DNA of 64,000 bases, from contig NW_018405126.1 in NCBI RefSeq assembly GCF_002113885.1, positions 146,867-210,866 of the forward strand, given 5' to 3'. The stretch comes from Mizuhopecten yessoensis. Lineage: Eukaryota. This document shows, in pieces, positions 1 to 13,567 of this stretch. The notes beneath the pieces are model-generated. The model ran no database searches and was not told where the DNA came from. It saw only the letters and a list, made by a program, of their open reading frames with translations. Position numbers and translations under genes: made by a program. How positions within the stretch are numbered: position 1 is the stretch's first letter; each line of letters opens with the position of its first letter.

Positions 1-3000
1 GATTCTGTTTTACACATTTACGTTGTATATTGCAGTTCCGGTCTGTGTGGTATGAACACGATACTAATTGTGTTTCGTGGTGCATGACATTTAAAGTCCC
101 ATCAACGACACAGCTTTCAAATAGATTATATAGTGACAATGCCATGCACATGTAAATATTGTGTTTAAATGGCACATGATTATCACCAGTTTGTAAAAGC
201 TGTAAGTGTGTATAGTATTCAAAATGTCACTCGATTGATGTGTTTCATAACCCAAACTTCCTTATAGAACGTAATAGAGCCTATCACAACATAACAGTAA
301 ACAATACAACAAACTATGTTTAAGTGGGTGCATCCACGTTTACATGAATCTCTTTTCTATGGGTCGGTTAAACAGTCAGTATTTGTAGTCACATATCCCC
401 ATGTTTTAGTAAATGCCTATAGACCTTTTGTCCGTTGGTTCGTGGAATCACTAACGTGGACTTCCACGAAAAATGATAAACGATCGCACATGAAGTTTGC
501 TAAAGCAAAGTATTGACATACTGATAATAGTATGATTTAAAGTAGGTTTGGTAATATTTCATGTTCTGTGGTAGGTAATTATCTGCATGTATACACACAT
601 ACTAGTAGTTTACGATATAAAGTATATAATTGTCTATTTTAAGTGGTCGTAGATAAATATCTGTATTAAAAGAATCGATATATAATTGTAGTTTTAATAG
701 TAAAATTATTGAATGTATTTTTAGTATCATAAGATCGAAAGATCCCGTATATGGAAAGCTTGGGCTATTTAAGTACAATAAATATCTAGTAATCCTCTCG
801 TAATTCAACTCTAAATCAAGGTTACTGTAAGGACTAGCTATCTCAGGTTTTAAAATAAAATAAGACGATATATAGATGTGGGTTAAAATCATTTTATTCT
901 ATTGAGGTCAACAGTTGTGCTATACTTTGATTCTATTGTGAGAGACTCATGCTAACTTACACGACGAAGCTGGTGTCTGAATGTAGCATATTATGTACGA
1001 GCAGGTAAACACTCTTTAAGATGTCCTGGCTAACTAACAGCCTACTTAAAAAGAGGGTTTTTCCTCCTCTACAGTTGCAATAGGCCATCTTTGACCACCG
1101 TACAACCTTCGTAGTTCAAGAATAGTTAATTCCAATAAATAAATTTAAAATTTGTCCGTATTGAAACATTTCCCGACGTATCAGGCCCTTACAAAATTGT
1201 CTTCAATCTTTTTTCTCACGGCTCTAGTCGCCGACCATATATATTTATTTCGTAAGCGTGAAACAGTCTGACATTACCTATTGTTTCGATGTGCAGATAA
1301 ACTATTGACAACATTTTTGTTTTAAGTATATAGCTCAATGTATCGAAAAAGGGAGATTACTCGCTTACTTTTTGTTATATCAACCATGCAACAAAAATGC
1401 AAATTGTTGTGTCCCCTTTATTGCTATTGTCGATAGTAAAAATACACATGTAAGTAATTGCGATTTTTTTGTGTACTGTGTATATTTATTATCATATGCA
1501 ACATTTCCCTTCAAAAAGTGTTTATGGAATGTCTGCAAATCCTAACATGATACGATGTATATAAATGTTATACTGGGTTGTGTATTTGACCTCACAGCTC
1601 TGTATATGTGTTTTTAAACTAGGTAATCCCTTTTGAGCTCGTACTATGATCCTCTTATCGATATCGACTCGCACAAGGGTCAGACACAGCGAGCATTATA
1701 TAAATATAAATACATATTGTATAGTACCAAACACACACATCGTATAGTATTAAAACACATATTGATATTGTGGTATAACACATCAGAAAGATGATTGACA
1801 ATTTTGTTTTCATCAGGCGCATGTGTTCAACTAGTTAACGACCACCTAAATGTGATTTTTTCCCACAAAGCATCACTTTGTTGACACACACGATGTCGCC
1901 TAGTTGGTGTGTTGGTTGCACACTTGTGTTTTATCAGTAGGTTTCAGTATTAATAACCTGATTTATGATGGTGATCAATACTTCTACGGTAGATTAGATT
2001 GATATATTATACACTATCATAACTCCAGACCACATCAAGTGTCAGAGCATATACCAGGAAAAGAAAGTAGTTACAATGTCTGAGAATGCATGTCTAGCTG
2101 ATACCTGAACAGTTATATTGTATACTTATTTCATATCACGTTTTCACAAATTAAGTAGACCGATAAATGACTGTGTTATTATACAGATCGACGATGTGCG
2201 AACGGGTAAACCCAACGTCACATTCCTATTCAATCTGATTGATTAATGTATAAATGTGCTGTTCAACTATTTGATCATGTCCCAAACAAAGTTGAGCAGT
2301 CAGTGGGTGAATAAAACACCGTATACACCTTATCGGTAGATACCAGTACAGTACATGTATAAAACGAAAAGCTTAGTTTCTGTGAAAACGTTGTAACGTG
2401 TGCCAACGACTGTTGATAAGTCATTTTGCACATTAAACGAAACGCTGGGCAAAACTTTCACCTCCGAATGATACTCCATACGTTTTGGAAAGGTGGCTGT
2501 CGTTTTGTCGAATATTTTACAATTTCCTACCAGAAAGTCGAAAACTGTTGCCAAATTCAAGAAAGACATTAAAACTCACTTAGTGACATCTGCATTTTAG
2601 ACTTTAACCCAAGCGTCCTGTAACTACCAGGCCCGCCTATATACATAAAGAGTTAAACGAACTGCATTCTAAATGAATAATGTCGTTTTGTATGATTTAT
2701 ACTTATATATATGGGTATGTGCTTCTCTGACCCTACGACCACCTTAAAATGTACTGTTGAATGAGCAATGAAGAGTAAATATTACATATCAGATAGTGAC
2801 GACATAATTATTGCATATTAGTACTGCTTCTTTCAAACTGTGTCAAGCTTCTATTCACCCTTTTCATGTACGTTGTCATGTTAAAACGAGTTATCTCCCT
2901 TCTACAATAACGAAAAAATCTATCTAAATGCTGGTGTCTGTATGACTGCTAATCTTTATTTATCTTTTTTTTCTTTCCGATCTGGACCCTTGATAATGAA

Positions 3001-3506
3001 TGTTGTATAATGGTGATATACATTTGTTAATCGGTCACGACAGAGTTGACTCGGAAAATAATCCTGCACTACAATACACTTGTAGTTTTCAGTTTGAGGT
3101 CAGCGGATTAAGTCGAATCTTAAAAATAAGATTAAGAGATTAGAGAAACGTTCAATAAAATTATATCTATATACATATTATGTGTTTAAGGGACATTCAA
3201 ATTCACCGGAATATGTCGTGTGTGTACGATTACTATTGCTGTGAAATGACGACTGTGTCCACAAACTAAAGGATATATATCGGTGATGCAGGGATCTTTG
3301 TATATGATTCATTAACGGTGTGTTTCTCAATGCATCTTTACGTACGTAAACGGATTTATCTGAACGACGTATTATAAAATGAACCGTTGTGTACTTGATG
3401 ACATTTTAAACATCTAACAGCGAAAGTCAAATGGGAAGATCTTCAATTAATCCGAAATACCCAAAAATATTGCTGGCGCATTGACGGACAAACGAAGCAC
3501 CTCACA

Positions 3507-5174
3507 ATGAGTTCCAACATAGGAACCTCCATTGGGGGAGCGTTCATTAATTGGTTTTCGAAGGACGTTATGCCGAAGTTTGCGGCAGCGGTCGACTTAA
3601 CGATACTTCTCGTAAGTATTATCCTCAACATATTACTGATAGTCATGTTCAAAAAGAAACGTTTGCTCCTGGATCCTGCCAATAGACTCGTGTTCCAGTT
3701 GATTATTGTCGATATCCTGGCATGGCTGTTCATTCTCATCCCCGGCGCGGTGGTTGCCTTAAGGGGACAATGGGACCTCACCATGCCCGTATGTTACGCA
3801 CAGGCCATCCTAGTGAACTGGATATACCTGGTTATGTTCGGGTTTATCATCACGTTGTTCATAGAGAGGACAGTCTTAGTGAAGAATCCGAAACTACACG
3901 GAAAAGTGTTTGGAAAAGTTTCTAAAGTTACCGTAGTTTCACTTCTAATATGGGGAGTCGATCTGGGAATCGCTGCCATTCCTATGTCCGGATGGAGTCC
4001 TATAGACTACGACTTCTATCATGGAAGTTGTATTGTCTATCATGAATCAAACATTTATTATGTGATTATATTGTTTATGTCCGGGATAGGAGCTGCCATT
4101 TTGTCTGGTGTCATCTGCATTCCGATCATTTTAAAATCACGCAAGGCAAAAATCCACAAGGAAAATACAGAAGCAGCTAAAATAGAGGCAGAGCTCCGCC
4201 GTAAGAGACGACTGGAAGCCATCGCAGAGGAGAAAAAAGAAATGGAAGCCGAAAACATCAATCTGGAAAAGAAATCGGAGAAATCAAAACTGTCGGCTCC
4301 TGTTGCAAAACACGGATGGACAGACAGTAAGCAACCATCTGGAAAAGCAGACAAAAAACCGAAGAACAAGCAGATGAAAAACAGAAAACGACGTGCTAGA
4401 ACGCCGAAACGGAGAGACAAGCGTCTACTTGAAGACGATTACGAGGATCCCGATTTCCACCTGACAGTCACGTACATGATCATGGGGGTTGTTCTATTGC
4501 TGCTGTGGTTGCCCTACTTCATTGTCCTGTTTAGACACGCGGGGGTCAACGACTCAGAATTCTGGAGGGGCTACTACTCCGTCACGGTCATTGTCGCCCT
4601 CTTCAGTTTCTGTATAAAGCCGATTATATATCTGTCCCATAATAGGCATATGCAAGAGAAAACAAAGAATACGTTGCCAGAAAATGTTGTCGAAAGAGCA
4701 TCGGCGCTTCGGATGTCTTTCAGTGACGTTGTTGACAAGCTGGATAAAATAGTGTTTAAATCCCCAAGGTCTCAGCCGTCCATCCAAACGACAGTCAAAG
4801 CCCACTCAATAGCCATGAAATGGATGAAGAAAGGGAAAGGAGAATTAGTCAAACCAGAGGTCAATGTTGTATCAGACAGTACCAATGATACCAACGACCC
4901 TGACAAATCAAAACTGTTGACCCATGGTGACAAAACGGTAAAAAGTGAAATGCTAAACAATTCTAAAGTGAATTCATCTAAATCGCCTGTACCAGCAGCT
5001 GTGTCACCGAATGTGGCTACAGTAACCTCACTAACACCACATGTTAACCAGGGAATGGACACTGCCACGGAGAACGTGGAATCAACATTGGTCGATATAG
5101 AGGAGAACGAACAGGTAACAGAAAGCGATCCAGTGATTCATTCACGATCGCCAGAATATATAACACGAATGTGA
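3507..5174 (+). CDS. Intronless class A (rhodopsin-like) orphan GPCR, GPR161/GPR101-like, 555 aa
   Basis: Seven hydrophobic segments with class A landmarks: TM1 Asn (SIILNILL), TM2 Asp (LIIVDIL), ECL1 Trp plus TM3 Cys (GQWDLTMPVC), DRY variant ERT, TM4 Trp (LLIWGV), ECL2 GWSPIDYDFYHGSC, TM6 WLPY, TM7 NPxxY variant KPIIY. Long charged ICL3 and long low-complexity C-tail. The subfamily call is from remembered motif similarity only. Confidence 0.9.
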   Translation: MSSNIGTSIGGAFINWFSKDVMPKFAAAVDLTILLVSIILNILLIVMFKKKRLLLDPANRLVFQLIIVDILAWLFILIPGAVVALRGQWDLTMPVCYAQAILVNWIYLVMFGFIITLFIERTVLVKNPKLHGKVFGKVSKVTVVSLLIWGVDLGIAAIPMSGWSPIDYDFYHGSCIVYHESNIYYVIILFMSGIGAAILSGVICIPIILKSRKAKIHKENTEAAKIEAELRRKRRLEAIAEEKKEMEAENINLEKKSEKSKLSAPVAKHGWTDSKQPSGKADKKPKNKQMKNRKRRARTPKRRDKRLLEDDYEDPDFHLTVTYMIMGVVLLLLWLPYFIVLFRHAGVNDSEFWRGYYSVTVIVALFSFCIKPIIYLSHNRHMQEKTKNTLPENVVERASALRMSFSDVVDKLDKIVFKSPRSQPSIQTTVKAHSIAMKWMKKGKGELVKPEVNVVSDSTNDTNDPDKSKLLTHGDKTVKSEMLNNSKVNSSKSPVPAAVSPNVATVTSLTPHVNQGMDTATENVESTLVDIEENEQVTESDPVIHSRSPEYITRM

Positions 5175-8100
5175 AAACTTTCAATCCAGTTGTATGTAGT
5201 GTTATTGCATTTTTGATGAAAAAAAAGGTGCGTTGTGTAAAACAGCCACTATGGATTAAGAAGTATTATTGCTTTTCGCAACTGCAAAAAGCTCACGACC
5301 TTATGATAAACGTCATTTCTCTTTTAGTAAAGATGTAAACACATTGGACATTGCCCGACCCTTTGTATTTCAATTCCAGTGGTTACCTTATCAAATGTTG
5401 TGTTGCTGCTAAAGCGGTATATATAAATAGCTAAGGTATGATCATGGGGAGATGCTGATTTCGTGATGTTATTTATATATTGTATCCTTAGTAGAGGTAC
5501 AGCAAAAACATTTCGAACACTTTATTTATTAATGGGATACAATTAGAAAACACTGATAAAGTATGAACTTTCATCACGTCTTACTCTTGTGTGTCGTGTC
5601 AATCTAACTATAATAAATTAAATTTCAGCATTTACAAAGAAACATTTTTTTTATGAGATGTTCTTTTAAGGTTCAAAAATAAAATCTAATAAAATTTCGA
5701 TAACATGATTAACATTGATCCCGAAAGGTGGGACTTCTTTCTTCCATAATATTAATGACATTGACGAGTGATCGATATTGCTTGTTTTATAGACTAAGAA
5801 TCAGGATGCTTGAGGATTTGCTCTAGATGGTGTTGATAAAAATAACTCGCAGTTATACTTTCAGCTCTATACCTTAATCTTTCAGCTCAATACCTTTTTT
5901 TTTTTTTTTACACGGAACTTAACATCTTTTGAAACTGTACAATTTAAATGAACATGAATTCTGAAGTGCCCTAGGCCTCGTAAAGATAACCAATTGTTAA
6001 CGCTAGATATCCATCACTGAACTACATACATTACGAAGGAATGGCCTTAATGCAGGAGGAAGAATTCAAAAGGCGATATTCACAAAACAAAGGTATGCTG
6101 CTCCTTGATAAATACTATATATAGTATATACATGTAGGCTACATTTCCCATTTTTTATGGAATAGGCTTATATGTAGTGTATTTTTGTTTTTCTATATTA
6201 TAAAGATTCGCAGCATAAATTATCAGTAATACATCTGTATGCATTTTTCATGTTGTTTATCAATTGACTAAACAGAAATACACATTTTAGTTACCATTTT
6301 CAATACTCCGAGTGTTGTTTCTCACTCTAAATGTTAAAACATTGTTTTTCACGGGATTTATATTATATTTTATACAGCAAATTTAATACAAATGTAAACA
6401 ACACATGCAAAGTGGAGCAAACAGCCTTAAAAGCCAACCACTAGGAACACTGTATTATGTGTATTACGTTACAGTATGATGAAATGGTCACCTAGCTATC
6501 AAACTGTACGACAACCTTCATGACTTTAACTCACGACTTTTAACTTTCTTTTTCTCAGCAGTAACACACCAGTCATTTGATATACAACTCTAGAATCTGT
6601 GCAAGATAAATCTATATTTTATAGTTAGATGCGTTGTCATATTTACCTATAAATTATATAGATAGATATTGCTATCTTAGATGGTTTAATCAATATTACG
6701 GAAATATTTGTGATGCAAAATTATTGAACATCCAACTTAGCAATCAATATTGATTCATTAATAGTCGGTTATCTACTTATTATACTGGTTATCGAAAACA
6801 TTAGGAAAATACCAAAAACCAGTACAATTTAGGAAGAACTGGTTTCAATCTTGTTTTTGTCGAAGTTCATAATTCTCTATTTGTTTGCTTCCTGTTTGTG
6901 TATTGGATCTGTGGTATATCTTTCTGTTATAGTTTATATAAATGATTAATAAAAGAAACGATGAATACATATTTGTATAGTATTTACAACAGGTATATAT
7001 ATACTTTTAGTGTACTTATGTTGCAGTATATCCAATATATGCCCCTTAACGCTGCAGATTGTATATCGTAAAGTGTAATTAATATGGACCAAGCAGCCTG
7101 TCAGTCCGTCCGCTCGCCACATCCGATTTTCCTGGAATCATTTTTCGCAATAAATTATTTAAATATATGGGAACAGAATATAACTCGTCGACACCAAAAA
7201 GTTAAATGTAATTGAAATCCCACTACCATATACTTACCATAGTATTTGCTGTGTGATAACAGGATAGGAAGAGGCCAAGTTTTTATTTAATTTTAAGCAT
7301 TTTTAATTTACTATAGATCACATTACACTGGATAGATGCAGTAGCCCGTTTACAATACACATATGACAAGTTAAAACAAAGATACCTTATTGAGTTCGTT
7401 AACTTAGCAATCAATTCAACGAAAGCAACTCGGCAAATCTCATCAGATTCCCCCGCTCACTTTGTATTTCTCGTGCTGTTTTTTAATTCAAAAAAAGTTT
7501 AAGTATGCATCCATTGACGATAATGTATATGTCTTAACAGTGGCATTGGTGAACAGTTATGCATATGATGCGTGTATCAGTTTTGTAGCCTTAATGATGA
7601 CCTACATCTGTATTAAAATGGAGCCTTTGTTGATGGATGATGATGTATACAATACTAGTCACTAAAACATTGATACGGTACACACCACAAGTTTATTAAC
7701 AGTATGTAAGTATTTCTACCGCGTGAAATTATTTGTCTACAATATACCGGGTCAAAGTTTTTAAACTTGAACATCTGGATTCTTGATATTGTAAATGTTC
7801 ACTTTGACGTGAAGTTTCAATAAATATAAATGTAACACTCAAAATCAGTATAAAATATTATAGCATATTTTATTTCAATTCGGCACTTCATTAATAAATT
7901 GGCAAGCGATGACGAAAATAACTCATCATATATAAGTAGAATAGGATAGAAATGGTCAACCTTTTGGTACATAATTTGGATTCAAAATCACAAATCAGGT
8001 TATATTACAGACGAATAGATGCGGTAACATGTGGCTAATTCATATTTTAATTTTTTCTCTTGAAGTTCTTTGGAAAATAAAACAGTAAGATTTCATTTAA

Positions 8101-9024
8101 AACACTAAGTATTAAACAATTGATGCAACTTGAGCAAAACTTAATAGACAGATACCTACACTCCTATATTATATTTCTCGTGATATGTTTGATAAAATCA
8201 TGATTTTTTTTCGAAATCATTCCTTGAAGAAAAGCAGAGGTTAAAACAATGGAATTAAGGTGGAGTGATGCACACAATATTAGTTACGAGTTAAAAGAAG
8301 TATGGACATAACGAACTGTTGGTGACCTACAACTGTGTAGACAATTCTAAAAGTTGAATCTCTGTAGATGATTTACAGTGTAAACTTTTATAGTGTATAT
8401 AATTAGACATACTTATTACTCATTAGACAAAGACATTTTAAGTTAAAAGTTCATAGCTTAAACCATCGGATTAAAATACACTAATGTATACGATACATTA
8501 TTTATTAATTGGATAAATAATAGAAATACAAGTGACTAAAGACACTAACTTTAAAGACCTGTGCACTGTCAGGACCTCATATGCATGACCTATGACACCT
8601 AACGGGTCGGGGTGATGTAACGGTAGGCGCTTTGGATATTTCAAGGGTTTGGTGATGTAGTTAATGAATTCGAGACCCAGAAAGGGACTGTATGTAAATG
8701 TCTCCCTTTGTCACCTGCTTTTCTATGTTATAGGAAGACTATGATATACATGTAACACTCAACACAGCTCTAACCTTAGTCCTGTAAAATTGATGACGAG
8801 TGCTACCCCGAGAACATTTATGTAATGACCATTTGTCTACAATCCATGGCCGATTTAAAAAACTGAACTTTATTTTTTCATTATTAACGAAAATCATTTG
8901 TTTTTTTATAATGTCTGTTAATTTTGACGTGATGTTAGAATAAATAAAACTCTCAGAAACAATAAGGGACAACACTAGACTACAACACATTTTAGCTAAA
9001 TATTGAACCCTATAATTCACATTA

Positions 9025-12000
9025 TCACCCAAGAAAATTGAGGTAAGCTACTCTTTCCTCAGCCGAATCTCTGTCCTTGACCTGGACTTCTATCTCCGCG
9101 CCACCGAATGTAAACTGGGCGTCTGCTCCTCTATTCAGCCCTTTGCTGGTGTCGGGCATTTCAATTACAAGTGAACCAATACACTCACAACCCTCGTCAG
9201 TAACATACTTGGGCGATGGGTGGGGCGAAATGTAGATATTAAACCGCATCACTGTTTGAAAGGCGTGTACGACATAATAATGTTTGGTTTCTAAACTGTT
9301 CCATACAGGAAGAGACTGTCCTTTCTGTGCATGTACACTGAATATATCACCTATTAATTCTGTGCCATATGTAAACCTACTGATCCTTTCCGTGATCGTG
9401 TCTAGCTCATGACCGTTGATGACGGCACCTTTCAGCACAGCAAGGCCAGCCTCGTGTGGAATGACGAGACGCTTGTCCGGGAACTTGGCGGAAATTTCCG
9501 TCTGTAGTAGAAGACATTCCGAGTATCCGCCGACGAGGAGGATGGCCTGAGCCTGTTCTACCTCTGGGTGTTTCATCAGCTCTACCACGTGGTCAATAAT
9601 CTTCTGGACGGATTGTCGGAACATCGTTTGAGCTAGCTCAGACTTGACTCGCAGTCTATCCATCTTCCATGTGAGGTTATTTGAATACTTCTTGTTAGAG
9701 GATATACTTTCCTCGACGGTTTTATTTGGATGAATATCGGCAAAAGTGTCCATCAGACTGATTGGGAGAGTAAACGTAATTTTTGCATCAGTCGCTGATG
9801 AGATTGATCTTTTCTTAGTTTCAAAAGACCTTTGTAGCTCCAGGTAGTCTGCAACATGTTTTTGCTTGAAGTCGTTAAACACATCAGCTCCCAAGATTTC
9901 AGAAAGAAGCATTTCAAACTCCTTGTCTACCATGGTCCCGCCCCAGTCCCCTCCATTTGCCATGTACACCTCTTTCAGCTTCAGACCTGGCAGCACCTCG
10001 TGTACAGTGATATCAACGGTTCCTCCTGTAGTGTAAACAAGTAGAGTTCAATATATCACAGTAACAACTCGTAAGAATAAATCAAAAGAAACTCAATGTC
10101 AATATGATAAAAAAATCAATGCATAGTTCAATTGTCTGATAAAGCGCATCCAAGTCAATCAAATTGATTGAGATAAGAAGTCATTCATTTTGAATTCACC
10201 CATTTGATATCAAAATTATAAGTAAAATAAAAAATTGTTCAAAAGTACTCAATACTTTTTATCCCTGTCCAACCGCGGGCAAGGGTTAGTTAGCTCGCGG
10301 TACAATGATATAAACTACAGGGTTCAAATCCGTTGTATTGATAGTCTAACCGGTTTGGCAGTGGTTAGGGATCCCTAGTGGATTGTAACAATTCCTGTTT
10401 TTATCATGCTGGGTATTGATATATATTAAAATTTCACACTCGGTAAAAAGTGAATTTAAAAAGATTTTTAGATATTCGGGAAATGGTTTGTAAGCGAATA
10501 AATAATAGGATGTCATTATTGCACAATACAGCCGTATGTGACGAAAACAACGCCAATGGAATACATATATGGCAACAACGGTCAATATACACCATAACTC
10601 TAGTCTGTTATGCATTAATACATCGTTTAGGATAACACAATGGATCATCATATGAAAAATGAAATCAGAAAAGTCAAACGGCTGAGAAAATAAGCAAATC
10701 GTGCCTGACCAATCGGATTTCATCATCTCCATGAAATATTTTTTTTCTCTTTTCTAACTTTTCGTGACCTTAACTATTGGCCTTTGTGTTGAGCGTGCGT
10801 CAAGGCGAACAAAAGGAGTTCTGTCCGTTCCTATTCCGGTAATGCTGGTTATCGTTTCTATAGATACGGTATAACAACATAATTTAACCTTCATCTCCAT
10901 TAACTCTTACCACCAACATCCACTACCATGTATCGCGACCCAGGTCGAAACACCACCAGGTTGTCTCCCCCTTTTCCAACAGACATGTCTTTCAGCGGTA
11001 GGTATTTACAGAACATAGCAGCTGCCTCGGCTTCCAACGACAGAACGAGTTGATAGCCTGGGATACCAGCCTAAACAACGATATTATTATTGTTTTTGAA
11101 ATTTATAAATGCTCAAAACTCAATTTTAAATGCTTTTTATATAATTTTAAGGAGCTTTCAAATACATATGTTTACCATAACAACGAAAATGATATCACCT
11201 TAACGTTGACATGTTACATTTTTTAAGGGTGCATGTGACACGAGTCAGAAAATAATGTTGTGATATGTAAGAAGTGAAATACTTAATGTAGTGAAAGATT
11301 GTTGTAATGACGATAATTATACACATAAGATAGTAAATGTACTCGAAAAAAAGGTTATTGGTGATTACCTGCTGAGCGCATTCCCTCATGAATTGTTTTG
11401 CCCGGTCATTCCAAATAGCGGGCACTGTCAGGACCCATCTGACGTCAGACATCAGCAATTCTAGCCCCCTCTTCTCACAGGTACCAAGGAGATGGTCCTT
11501 CAGGTACTTTACTGCCTCCGCAAACACTTTCATTGCCAGCATTGGTTTCTGATTTTGTGCGTACAATTTCATGGATCTGGTGATATCCTAAAACATACGT
11601 TTTAACATATCTAATTAACATATCTAATTAACATATATAGTTAAGAGTTAATTAGGTTCAGTTGGATGGTTAATGTATCTTTGTTACTATCATGTATACA
11701 ACCAATGTAAATAAAGTACTTATTTACCTTTTGCTCATAAAGTGACATCTTAAAGCGTCTAAAAAAGAACCAGTCATGGTGCTTATCGTCGTCTATCAGC
11801 TTGGCGTACTTGTCTTCGGCTTCAAAACCAAACGTGTCGAAACTTTCGTCTGGTTTAAACAGAACGCACGTAGAGGTCTTTAGGGAAGCGAGATTTCCGG
11901 ATCCTGCTTGCCATACAAGTGTACTGATATTCAATGGATTTTTGGTATACTCCAGCCGTGATGAGAATGCGTACCCCGAGTAGGTTGTGCCGAAGTCCAA

Positions 12001-12401
12001 TTCTGCCACCAAAATGTATGGACTGTTCTTCAGGTCTCTTTTCTGTAATACATAACAACTTAACAACTTGATGGCTGTCAGCATAATATTTTTATTATAG
12101 TATGTTGGGTTTGAATATCAATCGGAATGTTTTATTGATGAAATATCTTTTAAAATAAAAATAACCGAGAACAACAACAACAAAAGTACTGAAGCGTTAA
12201 CTGTGTTCGTATGTCTCAATATCATAAATAGGATATTCTCCCCTTAAAATAGAAATGTAAGAACTGACACTTTCTCAGCGTTTTATGGATAGTTATATAT
12301 GTGTTAACTATCGAACCAGGTATCGGTAATGATAAAAGCAAGTTTATAGCATGACTCACCAGTATCCTTGGCTGTGTCTGCTGACGAACTTGTGACTCCA
12401 T
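9025..12401 (-). CDS. HSPA12: HSPA12-like atypical Hsp70, copy A (predicted 578 aa, 5 coding exons)
   Basis: Exons 12401-12360 (MESQVRQQTQPRIL), 12042-11728, 11587-11369, 11070-10911, 10025-9025. All introns GT-AG, phases consistent, total 1737 nt. Motifs LDFGTTYSGYAFS, WVLTVPAIW, DVGGGTVD, GGDWGG, LVGGYSE. Ends FLG* with no EEVD and no helical lid, as in HSPA12. Confidence 0.88.
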
Positions 12402-13478
12402 CTGAAGCAATGGATTAGTAGGTATATTTAATATCTTCACAACATGACGGCTGCCTCGATTCACTCACATGCTTTATTCAACTTCCGGTCAAGAGTATTA
12501 CAAAAAATAGATCCGGAATCCGGGTATAAATTTCAGGAATTTACTAAAACATTTTAGTATCTATGTACCTTTGTAACGATCAATTATGTGACCGCATTAA
12601 TGTCAGTATCGGCATCATGAGTGGATGAGATGTGTCTTTCTTTAGAAAAATGGGGAAATATTTCAATGGACGATTCAAATGTACCGGGAATGACAATCTA
12701 TATAGCAAAGGATTTAATATTCATATATTTATAAAACTATAAACAATCTTTAGTCTTCATGTTTTTATATTATATATATATATATATAAAGGTATAAACA
12801 ATTAAACTAATTGGTCAAAATGAACGAAATTCTACCTAGAAACAAACCGATTCGTGTTTGGAAATATTGTTGGTTATTTGTTTATCGTTTGCGAACATAA
12901 GGGCCCTATACGAATATTTTGTAATTACTACTTATTTTCGATTGAGCTAAACTCTTAAAGAAGACAGTTTGAATAAAAGTATATTGAAGATAATGAAGCT
13001 GAGAGAATATTTGTTTACAACCTAACTCTTATAACAAAAAGTTGTATTATTGATTTGTTTGGCGCAATCAGCCACACGCACCACATCTAGAAAAGGTTAA
13101 ATGGTAAGATATTTTGTATACTTTTCCGATAAACAAGCATAATAAATGTGAAGCACTCGCCATTGTTTTTCCAGTTAAGACCCATGCAAATGGCAACTGA
13201 TCATAAACAGATGCACTCTTTGTTAGCATAATCTATGTTAGGTAATATAGGGCATGTAAACGGTTAGATGGCTACATATTCCGCACACGTACATTACTTG
13301 TTTGGCAAGTCGTGTTGGCACACACATTTCTTACAAAGTCTACCCGCCCTTGCTTATAATGTGATACACTTTTTGTGAGAGTAAAATGATTCAAAAATTA
13401 AAAAAATCACAAGATGATCGATTCTCCGGACCTTCCGCTGCTGTGAGGATGATAATCATTATATAAATCGATACTCAC

Positions 13479-13530
13479 CGCAGTGGTTATCAGCCGACAA
13501 CTCTACCGAACGTTCTGCCAGGTCATGCTG
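13479..13530 (-). other. Putative 5' leader exon 1 of copy A (homologues at about 25698-25750 in B, 35644-35700 in C, 49862-49920 in D)
   Basis: The first coding exon begins CAG|ATG, which implies an upstream exon. A GTGAGT donor lies at the equivalent position in A, C and D (GTGTGT in pseudogene B). Transcription start not determinable. Confidence 0.6.
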
Positions 13531-13567
13531 AGGTAAGGATACAATATAAACGTTGTGTGTGTTAATA

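Noticed and set aside
1-3400. Short ORFs upstream of the GPCR and in 5200-9000 and 60500-64000
   Set aside because: AT-rich intergenic sequence with no recognisable domain or exon chain that I could support.
4590-4635. TM7 lysine suggesting an opsin
   Set aside because: The Lys is immediately before the Pro of the NPxxY motif (position 7.49), not at the retinal-binding position six residues earlier.
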